This document shows positions 14,019 through 28,688 of a stretch of DNA of 64,000 bases, piece by piece. Position 1 is the stretch's first letter. Each line of letters opens with the position of its first letter. The position numbers and the translations under genes were made by a program. This DNA comes from Eledone cirrhosa (lineage: Eukaryota), in assembly GCA_964016885.1 (NCBI GenBank), contig OZ024745.1:67022001-67086000 (forward strand), written 5' to 3'. The notes under the pieces were generated by a model that saw only the letters and a program-made list of their open reading frames with translations, searched no databases and was not told the DNA's origin.

Positions 14019-14310
14019 GTCATAACGTGTCGCTCGGCCTGCGAATCGAAATCACAACCTCACTATTGCGAATTCTGTTCTCTAACCACTTAGCCACGTG
14101 AAGGCGTGGGGCTGGGTGTTTAGAGAATATGATTCGCTATAGTGAGGTTGTGATTTCGATTCCCAGACCGGGCGATGCCTTGTGACCTTGAACAAGACAC
14201 TTTATTTTACGTTGCTCTTCGATTGGAAAGATTGTTTCACCGGTCCGATTAAACGAGCTCCACCCCACTCGTTAAACGAATGAGTCTGGGTTCTTATCGA
14301 TCGACTAGGA
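14019..14310. mobile_element. SINE family B with an inverted duplicate of its 5' head
   Basis: 14019-14098 is the reverse complement of 14104-14186. Confidence 0.75.
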
Positions 14311-16567
14311 TCTTATAGATCTCCAATGTGTGTGCGTAGATGTGTATGTATATATGTATATATTCTGTTGTAGAAGTTAATAATACCGTAGGTTTGAACA
14401 GATAGATCAATCTAGTAGTAATAATTTCAATAGTTATCTACTTCGAAACCTAGAACATATTTAGACATATTAATCATTCAGATTTTTTCCAGTCGGTTTT
14501 AGACCATTTAACTATGATACTATATATTTAAGTAAGTGGTTGATTCTGGCAATACAATGGAATCAAGCTATACGTTTAATATTAGAAATAAGCTTTAACT
14601 TCTAAATCATTATTTAAATTGCAATGTTGTTGATTTTTTTTCCTTGCTAGAAACTTTTTCTTCTTAGAAAATATCCACAGCATTTAAAATAGAGATATAC
14701 ATATATATGCTAGTTTGTGGACATGCGATGTGTGTATATCTTTATTTGATATATGTGACTGTATGCCTACAACGATATGTCCAAATATTGTAACAGATAC
14801 GTGATTATTCCTCTTCACAATATTTCTCAATATTCAAGTAGTCGTGCATTTTTTATGGGAACATATAATATATTGTAATATGTATTATGTGATATGAATT
14901 GCATTTCATTTTGTCATTTGTAAGAAGCAAGATTGAATATAATCTTTCATCGATGTATGTTAAAATGGATTCATATATTTGTTTATATGCCTAATTCAAC
15001 GTAACAAGATTAGCTCGGTTGGTCAAACCCACTCACCGCTGAACTTCTAAATGTCATTTCAGAACGTTGTATAAGATAGCTTTTCGTAGCTGTACTTCTC
15101 CTACTACAACATTGAAAGTCAATAGCTTTCTAGCTAGTCAGATAAGTGTAAACTTATTCACATACATTCGTTTGCATCTATACACATATAGACCAAATAG
15201 AAACGTTTTACATGGTTATATATAACCACCGTAAACATGGTTAAGAGCAGCACACACTATAGAACATCTACAGACACATATATACGTTTCCACGACAAAT
15301 ATGCATGTGCTTTTAGCTTGTAAGTTAATATATATGTAGAAGTAATAAAAAGCTTGTAATAGATTGATGCCTGCCTGCATGAGTTTGTTTTTCTGTAACG
15401 GCAATTTGGAGTTTGCTTTGGGAAGTGGACACGTACATATGCGATCGGTACTTATAACAATTTTGTGAGCAGTTACAGCAAGTATCTTTTAATGGATCTA
15501 AATTCCCATCGATTATCTATGATACGGAATAACAATTCTCGTGGAATGACGGCGTACTAGATAAGGTTAAAGTTAAATATTGTATCGAACGTTTTATTCG
15601 GAAAATGTCAAAAAATGTCCTTGTTGCCATTGTAACTTTCAGATCAGTTAATAGGATTGATATCAAATAAAATATACCACTATATAAAAGTAAAAATAAT
15701 ATTGTAATTTAATATAAGTTGGCTTTGTCACCCAAAAGTTTAGTATTTGCGCCAAGATTTTCATCAAGAAATATGTTTTATTTTTCATAAATTAAATCAA
15801 TGTTTGTATTGTATTTTTTATTAGATATAATTCAAACAGCGTAATGTATGAAGTGATATGGGCAATGTAATAAGTTTTTGAACGACTTCTGACAATGTGC
15901 AATGAGTGCAATGTCAGCTTGGATGAATTTTGCTGCCTTCGCTCAGAGGCCCAAAGCGATAAAGCAAATATAAGCAATAGAACTCTTTCATTGCTAACAT
16001 TGAATTTAAACCCGCATGAATAGATAAAGATATAAATGCTTGAAACGATACAATTGACAACATATTGGCTTGCAAAGGCCGTTGTATTTCACCAAAGATG
16101 GAAACCTCTCTTGCATGCTTTTGTTCGTTGGAAATATAGACTATACGAAATACTATATACTCTAGCCATTTTCCATTAAATACAAAGAAAAATTCATTGA
16201 ATAAAACTGAGTGTGCAAGGCGTTTGCAGTTCGCTTAATATTTAAAGAAATATTTTCTTATCTACCTTCATCTAATTTTCTAGTTGTTGTTCGTATGTAA
16301 ATTGCGGCAAAAACTATTGCATGTTAAGAAATTTACTTGTATAGAAATATCGCATCTAAACTAAATGTATTTATCGCACCTAAACTAAATGTATGTAAAT
16401 AATATGAACTAATATAATTCATTTCAACGATTACGCTTTTCATGAGCGATATAATGAAAATCTTAAAATATTGAATACATTTATAAATGTATTTATGTAT
16501 ATCTATATCTATCTATCTATATTTCTCACACATTCTTTCGCTCTCTCTCTCTTTCTCTCTCTTTACA

Positions 16568-16621
<54 letters not shown>

Positions 16622-17332
16622 CGTGTGTGTGTGTGTGTGTGAGTGTGTGTGTGTATAAATATGTGTATGTTTGCATGTGTGTCTGTCTGTATATATAATT
16701 ATACATATAGGTGTGTAAGTATATGCATGTATACATACAATTACATATGCCAGAGTGTGCGTACGTGTTCGACCGCGTGTGCGTGTGTGTGTGTGTATTT
16801 ACGAGTGCGCGTGCGGTAATTTCTACTTGTGTGCCTATACATGTAATTATATACATAAGGAAAATAAAATCCTTTCATACCTTTACAGAAAATCCGTATT
16901 TTTCCATTTTACAATAAAGTTTGTTTGCTGCAACTTGCATGATAAATTATCCCATGACAAAGAAGGTATTATTTTCTATTTACATTTACATTTTATAGAA
17001 TGAAATTTATATATTAAATTTCTTTGTGATTATATAAACATCAAATTGTATTATTTTGATGAAAATCAAAATGTATTATTTTTTCGACTGTATATCAACA
17101 TAAATACGAAAATATCAAAAATAAGTAAGGAATAATGAATGGTTATTTATAAAGTCAAGTTCCTGGTGCTCTTAGAAATTATAGATGAGTTACACAAGTT
17201 ATAGACGATCCTTTCTATATTTCACTCCTTGATTGTAAAGATATATTTAGTAGTATATTGTATAATTATATATTTTATCTCGTTTCGTCTGCTACATATA
17301 AATACATACATACCCACACACCTATGCACATA

Positions 17333-17380
<48 letters not shown>

Positions 17381-17388
<8 letters not shown>

Positions 17389-17610
17389 ATACTTTGGGAG
17401 GGTCATGTTGCCAATGAGAAACACACGCACCAGTTCCGTTCACTTCAATTTATTATAATAAATTTATAAATTTATTATAATAAGTTGAAGTAAGTGAAAC
17501 CAACTGGTGCGTGTGTTTCTTATTGGCAACATGACCCTCCCAAATTATAACAATATCGGTTTCAACACACGTTTTCAGATAAAGAATCTTGCTAAACAAA
17601 TTCAGAAACG

Positions 17611-17612
<2 letters not shown>
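17381..17612. repeat. Foldback hairpin of the same terminal-repeat family as 6366-6829
   Basis: atattgttatactttgggagggtcatgttgccaat...attggcaacatgaccctcccaaattataacaatat, with an AT palindrome at the centre (about 17466). Confidence 0.9.
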
Positions 17613-17644
<32 letters not shown>

Positions 17645-17656
17645 TATATATATATA

Positions 17657-17711
<55 letters not shown>

Positions 17712-17839
17712 GTTTATATGTAATGTCCAGTTATAGTAGGTTGAGCAACGTGAGCACTCGATGCGTAGTTTCCAGTAGGTGTATTGGTGTTGTACTAAGC
17801 AGAATGTAATACTAATAATAATAAAAAGGATACACACAC

Positions 17840-17942
<103 letters not shown>

Positions 17943-17974
17943 GTATGTATATATATATATATATATATACATAC

Positions 17975-18008
<34 letters not shown>

Positions 18009-18133
18009 GTGTGCGAGACAAACCACAAACCCTCCATCTCAATTTTAATTTTTAAAAGCAGATCTGTGAAACTGGTAAAGAAAATAAATAAATATTCTTA
18101 AAAGACTCCAGTTGCATTTTCGATTTCTTTTCT

Positions 18134-18275
<142 letters not shown>

Positions 18276-18296
18276 GCGTGTGCGCGTGTGTACGAT

Positions 18297-18363
<67 letters not shown>

Positions 18364-18608
18364 CAAAATCGCTGCCTGCTACCCCTACACAAACGCACGC
18401 GCGCACACACACAAACACACATACACATACATATGAACACAATGACACTCACGTACAATTCTTGTTCATTTACTGATAGATTGATTATTATTTTTTTTTT
18501 ATAGCATGACCCTTCATATTTCCACTTAGCAGGAAACAAATAAAACTATTTCTACACACACACACACACACAAACACACACGCGCACACACATATACACA
18601 CACACACA

Positions 18609-18710
<102 letters not shown>

Positions 18711-19131
18711 AATAATCTCCCATACACTTAAACAAATTGGGGTGATTGTCACAAAACATTCTATAGACTTCACTACTTAAAATAAAATAGACATGAATTC
18801 CTCTTCTGAAATAGTCAGTAGTTACTTTCACTGAACCAGGACGCACCCGGTTTTTGGCGCAAAATTTGCAAAAAACAATTCTATTCCTGATCACTTGCTC
18901 ACCAATATTTTGCGCAATAAACTACACAACTTTATAGCCAATCAGGTGATCATCCACAACCAATAGAATTGTACTTCAAACAGTTAGCAATTTGAGCCAC
19001 TGTTTTGCCTAAAACGGACATAAATTTCCCAATCCACAGATGCAGGACATATCATGACATAACAACTCATATCGCCATTGCCCGAAACGTTTGAAAATAA
19101 TGTAAACGTGAAACTGGTAATGTTATTACGG

Positions 19132-19313
19132 TGGATTGGCAGTATCGGTAGAGAGTCGGACACCATGCTTTCTAGCATAGTTACGTCTCTTTACGATTTG
19201 AGTTCAAATCCCGCCGAGGTTGACTTTGCCTTTCATCCTTACGGAGTCGATAAAATAAAGTACCAGTAATGCACTGGGTAATTGCTGGCCTTGTGCCTAA
19301 AGTAGAAACAGTT
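19132..19313 (+). mobile_element. SINE family A, apparently full length
   Basis: A-box tggcagtatcggtag, B-box gagttcaaatcc, central gcctttcatccttacggagtcgataaaataaagtaccag. Confidence 0.88.
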
Positions 19314-19443
19314 ATTAATAAATTTTCTTAAAGTCTCCAATTTTATTTTCAAATTCTTTTTTCTGTGTTTTTATTCGCGTGGGATATAAAGCAACACTTA
19401 CTTTGTTACCACCTTATCTCTCTCTATCTCAATCTCTCTCTCA

Positions 19444-19476
<33 letters not shown>

Positions 19477-19605
19477 ATTCTCTCACTCTCTCTCATTCTC
19501 TCACTCTCTCCCCCCCCCCTCTTAAATCTCTATTATAGGCCCTGGGGACACCAATCTGTGATGATAGAGAAGCTATATATATACATACTTATATATATAT
19601 AAATA

Positions 19606-21545
19606 GGGGAGGGTCATATTTGTGTAATATTGCCAGAATTAATAACAGAACACACTCACTGTTTGGTTGGTTTTCGCTTTTCGCTTCTGTGTCTTTTATA
19701 TCGGTAATCTAATTTATTCGGTCCTCAATGTTGCCATTGACTGACCGACGGTCAAAAATAATACAGATACAATATAGACACAAACACATATATATAGTTT
19801 ATCAAAGTTCTTTCGTTGCACATCTGCAACATCGTCAGTGGTGCTATTGTTTCCTCCCGTTACATTGTATGTCTACGCCATTTTTATTTAGTCTGTCTAT
19901 ATATTTATTTATTTATTTGTTTGTTTGTTTGTTTATTTTATTTTGTCTTCCTTGCGCATGCGTTTGCGTATGTGTATAGTGTTTTGTTTGATGTGTGTTC
20001 GTGATTGTATTCTATGTATTCTATGTATTCTATCTTTACTAGTGTGTGTTTATATGTGTTTGTTGTTATTGTGCTTGTGTATGTATTTATTTATTTATTT
20101 ATTTATACTTCTCTTAGGTCAGTGTTGTTTGTTTGGGTGTTGTTGTTATTCCATTCATTCTTTCTGTTTAGTCTTGGCCTTCTAAGTTCTATTTCAATGG
20201 CCTCTCTGATTTGCCTATCTGCTGGGTCATTTCTATGTTTAGATATTATTCTAATTTCTATGTTGTCTATGTTACCATCGTGTTGTTGTCTGGCATGTTC
20301 GTATAGTACTGACCGGTTTTTTCGTCCTTTTAGTCCCCCCCCCCCCCCCCCCAGTGTTGGTCTATCCTTTCACCTATGATACGAGCTGTCTCGTCTATGT
20401 ATGTTGTTGTCATGTTCTGCAAGTACCCTCTGTACATCTTATGCTATAGACTACGTTTCTAGTTTTACAGTTTATCCGGGGGTTTACCTTACATATGATA
20501 CATTTCCTATTAGTACAGTGAGTTTTCTTAAAAGGGTAGGTTTTGCTGATCAGGGATTTTATGGTGGTTCCTGGCTTTTCTACCACCTTAATCTTTAAGT
20601 GGGTCTTTCTCAGGGCCTTTCTACACTGGTTAGCTAATTTCCCTCCAGGGATAGCGTCCACAAACATGACACTCTGGTATCTCTGGTTGTCGTACCATGA
20701 GGTGGCTTTCCCTATCTTAGCCCTATCTAAGCTATTCCATGATTTGCTCCTGTATAATGGGCAAATTCCTTTCATGTCCAGTTCTATGAGGGTCTTATAC
20801 TTCTCCATGGCTCCTTCGTATACTCTGACTCTGTATCTTTGGTCGTAGCCAAAGAACTGCATGCGGTTGATGAAGTGTTGGATGTGTCTTTCCATTTCTG
20901 TTGGGTCGCACATGCGGGACACATTCTTCATCACTCGTACCAAATCTGCGATCAGAATATTAAACTTAGCACTACTGGACATTGCTGAGTTTTTGAGTAT
21001 CAGGTATTTGGAGGCCATGGGTTTAGCATAGTGTGAGTGGAGAATTTGGGCTCTCTCGTCTATAGTGTTAATCCAGAGTTCCGTGTCTAATACAGGTAGT
21101 CTATTGTTAGGGTGTTTGGAAGGAAAGTCGATAGTTACAGTTATACTCTGGTGTATGGAATTAGCTATCTGCTGGATGCTTTCCATTGTGCTAGGTTCTA
21201 AATCAAACTTGTTAGTGCTCTCTAGTGGGGATGTTCTTATAACTATATTGATATCGTCTACGTAACGAGAGTACATGATGAGGTCTATGAAGCTCTCATT
21301 AAGGAGATCTTTAAGTCTTTTTTCCCACCATACCATGAAAAGTTTGGCAACATCACCAGCTATGCTGACGCCAATGGCTGCTCCCTCATTTTGGGTGTAG
21401 ATCTTCTCGTTGAACTTGAATATGTGGCTCTTTAGGGTAGTTTTGATACTAGCCGCTATTGCATGTGCGACCATTTTTTCTTACCTGAGCATTGTTTTGG
21501 GGGGTCCGTATAGCTTTGGTCCACACAATCCACCTTCCCATGGGA
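19606..21545 (-). mobile_element. Penelope-like element, 5'-truncated: RT C-terminus, GIY-YIG endonuclease and 3' terminal repeat
   Basis: ORF 20410-21474 has GAAIGVS, YSRYVDDI, LPVLDTE, NVVYSIRC. Broken continuation reads YIDETARIIGERIDQH and RQIREAIEIE to about 20150. HHR motif downstream. Confidence 0.9.
19801..19842 (-). ncRNA. Hammerhead motif in PLE 3' repeat (stem I mismatched)
   Basis: acca CTGACGA tgttgcagatgtgcaac GAAA gaac TT tgat; homologous to 6493-6535 with a different but paired stem II. Confidence 0.55.
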
Positions 21546-21593
21546 GTCTTTTTTCCCATTGAGGTTATATATATAAATATATATATATATACG

Positions 21594-21651
<58 letters not shown>

Positions 21652-22009
21652 GACTTCTATTATACCATAAACGTGGTTCTGTCTTTGCGTTTAATTGTTT
21701 TGCACCGCTCCAAATAATGACGTATTATATTAGTTTTTTCCCGTTCTTTGCCAGGGAAGGCTTCCACGAACCAAAGTATCGTCTTCCTGTCCTGCTCCGG
21801 TTGCAACGTTTTTTGAAATATTCACTTCTGCGTTCACAGATTGACTTTGTTAGTTTCGAAAGATCCCGTTAAGGGTGAAAGCAGCGATTCTTTGCTTAAA
21901 CTTTAATCTGTTATTTTAATAAATATTTGCTCTACGGTTCTTATATATTTGATATATATTTATCCTTATCGAGCCCTCTTTGGATTTTAGTCTTCAAATT
22001 TATTATTAT

Positions 22010-22085
<76 letters not shown>

Positions 22086-22118
22086 CAAGAAAGAAGAGTG
22101 ACATGGTTTGCTATTCAC

Positions 22119-22230
22119 ATTGCTGACAATTGTTTCTCTGAACTTGGATGTCTAGAGATCGCTACCCGCTTGTTTTTGCGTCAATCGATCACCAATACTT
22201 TGTTATAACCAGTCTATACATCAGAGCATG
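22119..22230 (-). ncRNA. Degenerate hammerhead motif
   Basis: tgct CTGATGT [about 80 nt] GAAA caattg TC agca; A9 changed and stem II not clearly paired. Confidence 0.4.
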
Positions 22231-23196
22231 CGAGAATGAAGGATATACACAGGCATGGCTTCTATATATAGTAGTGGCATCAAATCAGAACAATAATAAC
22301 AATACTCAAATAAATTAGCTAGATAGTAAATAGTTAAAACAATCACAACATCAATCTAAGTAAGAAATAGAGTATACTGATGACTTTAGCATGTAAAATG
22401 AACTGATATGAAATTGACATGTGAAAGCTGCCATGTGGTACATTATATATAGTGTAGAGATAACCTGGGGCTTGAAACAATGGACCATTTACTTTACTGT
22501 AGGTTTGCTGACCGTAAGATTTATTTATTATCTGACAAAATATTTTCATTTAGTAAGGATGGTAATTTTTATGTGGTGTAAAGTGGATTCATTATTTAAG
22601 TGGTCTATATTAGATGTAGGGATTGTTAGTTCGAATCATGGGGGTTGTTTAGCTTTCACAGCATCAATAACAAATCATGCATGAATAAGACAACAATAAC
22701 AACAATATAGGCAATAAGGTAATACAGAGGTTAAGAAAGCAAGGTATATATAGAGAGAACATGATGAATACTATTACGGATATATTGGGGTGTTCATTAT
22801 AACAACAAGAGGAAGGTGATATTTCAAGGACTGTGGTAGTAGTAAATACTGTACTTAGAATTAAGTTCATCTGTTGAAAATCATGAGTGATAATGTGAGG
22901 AGGTGGTGTTGACTACAGCCGAGAAGAGATATGTTTATGGGTTGATAAGATATTTGCAGACATTACTGTGGTATAGAATTAAGGAGACTAGAAGGTGTTC
23001 TACATCTAAGTGGACTACCTATAACAATAATTTGTTATCTCGTATATATAATAAGGGTTGACGGACCCAGCATATTTATTAATGCCAGTACCGGTTGTAT
23101 CGCAGCGCACTCAATGGGCAATGTAAGATACATTACCAGAGTATACACATAGTTATTTGCCTCAACATAACACACGTAAAACGGGTGCCTATAAGG

Positions 23197-23310
23197 TTCC
23201 CGGACTCGAGTTTCTGCAGCACTAATGCAGCAGTAAGGTGCACTGCACCATCTGTCTGCATATATTATGCAATAATGCACAATCGGCTTATGCGGCTTCA
23301 TCAGCGGGAA
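23197..23310 (-). ncRNA. Type I hammerhead ribozyme with long stem II
   Basis: ttcccg CTGATGA agccgcataa...ttagtgctgca GAAA ctcgag TC cgggaa: 6-bp stem I, palindromic stem III actcgagt, GUC site. Confidence 0.8.
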
Positions 23311-23408
23311 TCGCCTAATCAATAACGAATCGATCGACATAATCCAAACACCGGCCCGTCCCGGTCATGACTGTTTGTGACAACCCACATGGTAAAGCGA
23401 TTAACTAG

Positions 23409-23439
<31 letters not shown>

Positions 23440-23680
23440 GAATGAAGAGTAACATGATACGCTAATTGCTTGAAGTTGCGTCACTCGCTCTCCAATACAT
23501 TATTTACCTCTGGTCAACACATCAGAGTATGTATATATATATATAAATACATGACGGCGATGAATTTGTTTTGCGAGGTTTTTGATATGAAATTGTGTGT
23601 CGAAACAAATATTGTTATACTTGGGGAGGGTCATATTCTTGTAATAATAATGCCAGAATTATATAAATACATATATATAA

Positions 23681-23764
<84 letters not shown>

Positions 23765-23771
<7 letters not shown>

Positions 23772-24472
23772 TATGTACACGTACATACATATATGTATAC
23801 AGACATACAGTAGTATGTATATATATATACATACATGCACACATATATATATGTACGTATGGATTCACCTAACATTTATTATAACGCTCGGTGTGTTTGT
23901 AAACAAACATCCCGTATTAAGCCGTAGTGTCTAGCAACCACCGTTGCTCGTTTGTTCAACACTGACAAAGGAACGCTGTACTAGTTTCAAGCTTATTAGC
24001 TATCGTCAGCAATGTATACCTTCCTGACAGATTGTTGAACATATATACTTACCTTATGCATATTAACGGCTGAGTAGCCCAATTTGCATATCGAGTGGGT
24101 TAATCGGCCGGGTGCACCGAAAATGATAAACGGAAAAAATGAAACGAAATTTCATTTCCCAGTCTTAGTACGGCTGTTACTTAAATATAAGTATGTACAC
24201 GTACATACATATATGTATACAGACGTACAGTAGTATGTATATATATATACATACATGCACACATATATATATGTACGTATGGATTCACCGAACATTTATT
24301 ATAATGCTCGGTGTGTTTGTAAACAAACATCCCGTATTAAGCCGTAGTGTCTAGCAACCATCGCTGCTCGTTTATTCAATACTGACAAAGGAACGCTGTA
24401 CTAGTTTCAAGCTTATTAGCTGTCGTCAGCAAGGTATACCTTCCTGCCAGATTGTTGAACATATATACTTAC
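23765..24472 (-). mobile_element. 420-bp-period direct repeat (1.7 units) with one HHR per unit; retrozyme-like or PLE terminal-repeat-like
   Basis: 23765-24052 matches 24185-24472 with about 10 substitutions; HHR motifs at 23976-24012 and 24396-24432. Confidence 0.7.
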
Positions 24473-24600
24473 GTAAGGATGAAAGGCAAAGTCAATCCCA
24501 CCGAGGTTGACTTTGCCTTTATCCTTACGGGGTCGATAAAATAAAGTACCAGTAATGCACTGGGTAATTGCTGGCCTTGTGCCTAAAGTAGAAACAATTA
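24472..24600 (+). mobile_element. 5'-truncated SINE A with a short inverted 5' segment
   Basis: cgtaaggatgaaaggcaaagtcaa pairs with ttgactttgcctttatccttacg. Confidence 0.8.
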
Positions 24601-24917
24601 TCTCTGAAGACAGCATATATATGTGTAGGTATGTATATTCCCTCTGATAATTTGTAAAATTTTTACAAAGATCTATATGATATACATACGAACACAAACA
24701 TATATATCCTAGAAACGATCGTAAAATGATGAATTTTTTAATATAAGGAACTGTTTCTTTGTTTTTATTCATTGTTTTTGTTAGTTTATCTTGACTCTGT
24801 TTTCCTGTGATTTTCATCGAAAAAATGTTTGAATACATCTTTTCTTTTCATGATATTTGGATTACATTGAGTTCTTCATACGGATTGGACACTACCGTAT
24901 ATTTTGGTAAATTTCTC

Positions 24918-25045
<128 letters not shown>

Positions 25046-25192
25046 GAGAGAGAGAGAGAGACGCGAAAACATAAGTGATGGTAGCTGTTGCTACCATCAC
25101 TTATGTTTCAATTTAGAATGCACCATCTGGCAATATGCCACTGACTACAATTGCTGTAGATGGCAACTTGTTTTCGCGTCTCACTCTCTCTC

Positions 25193-25230
<38 letters not shown>

Positions 25231-25473
25231 CGTGCCCGTGAAAATAAATAGCTTTTACTAATCTGCATCCTGAGGCAATTGCTAATGTCACCATTTCTTC
25301 CGCACTTTACCCACATTGCTATAAAAATGTGAAAACAATGAAACATAATGTAAATATTAAATGATCTACTTTCTAAACTCTTGTCAGTTAGTAAAATTGT
25401 TGGCGGCTTTTACATACATATATGCTTCATTGTCCTCTTTTGTACTTATATATACACACACCCACACACATAC

Positions 25474-25541
<68 letters not shown>

Positions 25542-27025
25542 ATGTGTGTGTGTGTGTCTGTATGTGCATATATATATATATAATATAGTAATAATAATAA
25601 AAATCAGCGGTTCTTTGCTTAAACTTTAATCTGTTATTTTATTAAATATATATATATAATATATGTATATATGTATATATATATATAAATATATATATAT
25701 ATATGTGTGTGTATGTAAATGTATATAAATGCGTGTATGTGTATAGATATATGTATGTATACGCATGTATATGTATGTATGTGTGTATGTGTGTGTATGT
25801 GTGTTAGTGGGTATATATTTGTGTATGATAAAACTGAAAGTGCATGGATAACATTCTTTATCTTCATCTTTATTTATATCTTTATTCTTTCTTCCTTATA
25901 CATACATACTTCTCTATATTCTACACCTATAACAGTATATACTTATGTCAACGCGTGTGTCTGTGTGCTTGTGCCTATATATATATATATATACATCCAT
26001 CCACACACTCAGTATACAAATATATATATGTGTGTGTGTGTGCGTGTATTAGAATTTATGTATATTTGTGTATGTGTTCTTATGTGTAGATATGTGGTGT
26101 GTGCTTGTGTGAATATGCGTGTGTGTGTGCGCGCGCGCGTATTCTTTAATGCTCTTTAGCGGATATTTCTGAAACATCAAAGTAAGGAATCAATGTATTG
26201 TAAGAATAATTTACATCCATTATTTTAACTCACATTTTTCAATAGTTCTAGCAGAAAGATTTCTTTAGCAATTAATTGTCTGCATACTGCCTGTACTGTC
26301 TTAATATTTAAAGACCTCAGTTTATAAACCATCAATATTTTTCATTCTCTATTATTTATGATATTACTTAATCCAGTGGCTGAAGTTATATATATATATA
26401 TTTTCCGGAATATATCTTATTAGATATTCAGAGCTGAAATTATAAAGTGTAATCCTTTCATAATTTACTTGTAACTCTCTAAATATTCATATATGCAGTT
26501 ATAATGTCTATAAATCGTGATGGAACTCTGAGGTAACTGGCGCAATGTCAAATTCTTCATGTCCACAATATTCTCTAAACATTGCACATTGTTAAGACAA
26601 TATTATCCTACCTTGTGCTAGGAAGCTGTTTATATTTCCCATTTGTATGCAGCTCATTTCTGTAACGAGCGAAAACATTGTACAATTATTGAATCTTTCG
26701 TTAGCTTACATAAGAACATCTAAATCATAAGAGACCCTGCTACATTATTTAGCCTATGCGCACACTTGTCATTCAACTTAAATAGCATTTCCATTGGCTC
26801 TATTTGTGGAATGCGATTGAAGATGAACTTTAAGCCAAAATTGTACTATTATTCAGAGACAGATACTTTCAGGTGGATAAATTATTCATATTAAACAAAT
26901 TATACAACGACGAGAAAAAGGCATTTTTTTTCTGAAAGAATATATCTGAAACAGATACTATATATTTATATATATATATGTATATGTATACATAAATATA
27001 TATATATACATAAATATATATATGT

Positions 27026-27110
<85 letters not shown>

Positions 27111-27149
27111 AATTACACAATTACCAAAGTTATGTTCAAATCATTTTAT

Positions 27150-27196
27150 TGCTGACAATCGTTTCTTCCGAACTTTCGTTTGGAATCATCGGAGCA
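27150..27196 (-). ncRNA. Minimal hammerhead motif, U4C core variant, in a solo PLE terminal-repeat fragment (about 27105-27460)
   Basis: tgct CCGATGA ttccaaac-gaaa-gttcggaa GAAA cgattg TC agca; flanks homologous to 33342-33656. Confidence 0.7.
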
Positions 27197-27523
27197 TTAG
27201 CAATGTTTGTACATATAATTAACCTCCTATTCAACTGAACAATTGTATAGATACATATATATTGATATTGCAAACAATAGTTTCGTATTTACAGGGTGGA
27301 ATGGATGCGACATATATTATACGAGAATTGTACAATAATTCAAATTAAAATTAAAAGCACAGAGTGGAATAAATGCAACAGATAATACAAGGGAATAGTC
27401 TAATAATTAAAGAGACATTAAGGAAGAATGAGGACACTAGCAGTACATATGCAATAAATTACTGACCTTTCCTGTTTTAGTTGTTCATAGTATATACATA
27501 ACTATAAATAGTATCATTATTAT

Positions 27524-27594
<71 letters not shown>

Positions 27595-27843
27595 TTCGAA
27601 ACACCAACTTAATAATGCGAAAGTGAATTATGTTATTAAATAGCTAAATTCTCGATTATTTGCAAAACAATTTGAAAAGTATAGGCTGTTTTTTTATTAG
27701 AAATATAGAAAAAAGGTTAATTTTTATTTAAAACTGGGTGGGGATCCCTGAAACATGAGTCTCTGGACTGCACATAATAAGGCTAGATGATGTGGTACTA
27801 TATATATATATAGAAGTGGTTACACAACAGTTAGTTCACCATA

Positions 27844-27883
27844 CCGAGAACAATTGTTTCACCTTAACGGATCTTCAGCTTGG
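27844..27883 (-). ncRNA. Minimal hammerhead motif in PLE 3' repeat
   Basis: ccaag CTGAAGA tccgttaaggt GAAA caattg TT ctcgg. Confidence 0.65.
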
Positions 27884-28688
27884 AATGGGCATGGTTATAG
27901 GAACAGGAAGGACAACGGTACGAATGCGCATGCGCAGAAACCCGGTCACTTCACACAGGCAATACTAGACTGCGTGCGAGAGGTGTAAGGGAGATAACTG
28001 CGAAGGTCCGAAAAGTTTTTAGGTTGAAAATAAAATTAAAAGAATCAGTCCGGAGCTTTGTAGTTATGAAATAGGTGTTTGGCAACGTGTGGACAACGTG
28101 TGAAAAATTCACTTCTCGTGTTTAGGCAATCACTATTGCGTAATCTCTTTAGAATAGTTATTCGTTCGTCAATACATAAGCCACACGTCGGATTTCCCCT
28201 TGCGTATGGCTTGGACATAGTGATGGCTTTCCATTGAATGGAGTAGCTATACTTGAGTCCTAGAGGGACCATATGTGGATGAACGTCTGTCTGGGTATCT
28301 GCAGGTAGACTGGTGGTTCAGGAAACGTTCCTTGAATCGGCCCTCCGCCATGCCGACATAGGATTTGACCTCCTGTGGTTCGTTTGGTCGGTTGGAAGTG
28401 ACCACAGCTTCATAGATTACAGCTGGTGTGTTGCATTGCTGTTGAAGGGGGCAAGCTTCAGGCTTACGGCAAGAGCACCCTGGTGGGGTGTTGCTCCTCG
28501 GGCTGCTGGTGATGTGCGCATTCGTGTTCTTAACGTAGGAGTATTCTAGTTTTACTTTGTGTCGGTTAAAGATGGAGCGGTATTTATGACCTATGGGGAA
28601 GTGTCTAGTATTGCCTGTGCGAATGACCGGGTTTCTGCGCATGCGCGTTCGTACCGTTGTCCTTCCTGTTCCTATAACCATGCCCATT

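Noticed and set aside
14400-16450. Apparently unique sequence that might hold host exons
   Set aside because: No ORF with recognisable protein character or convincing splice-bounded frame; small exons cannot be excluded without RNA data
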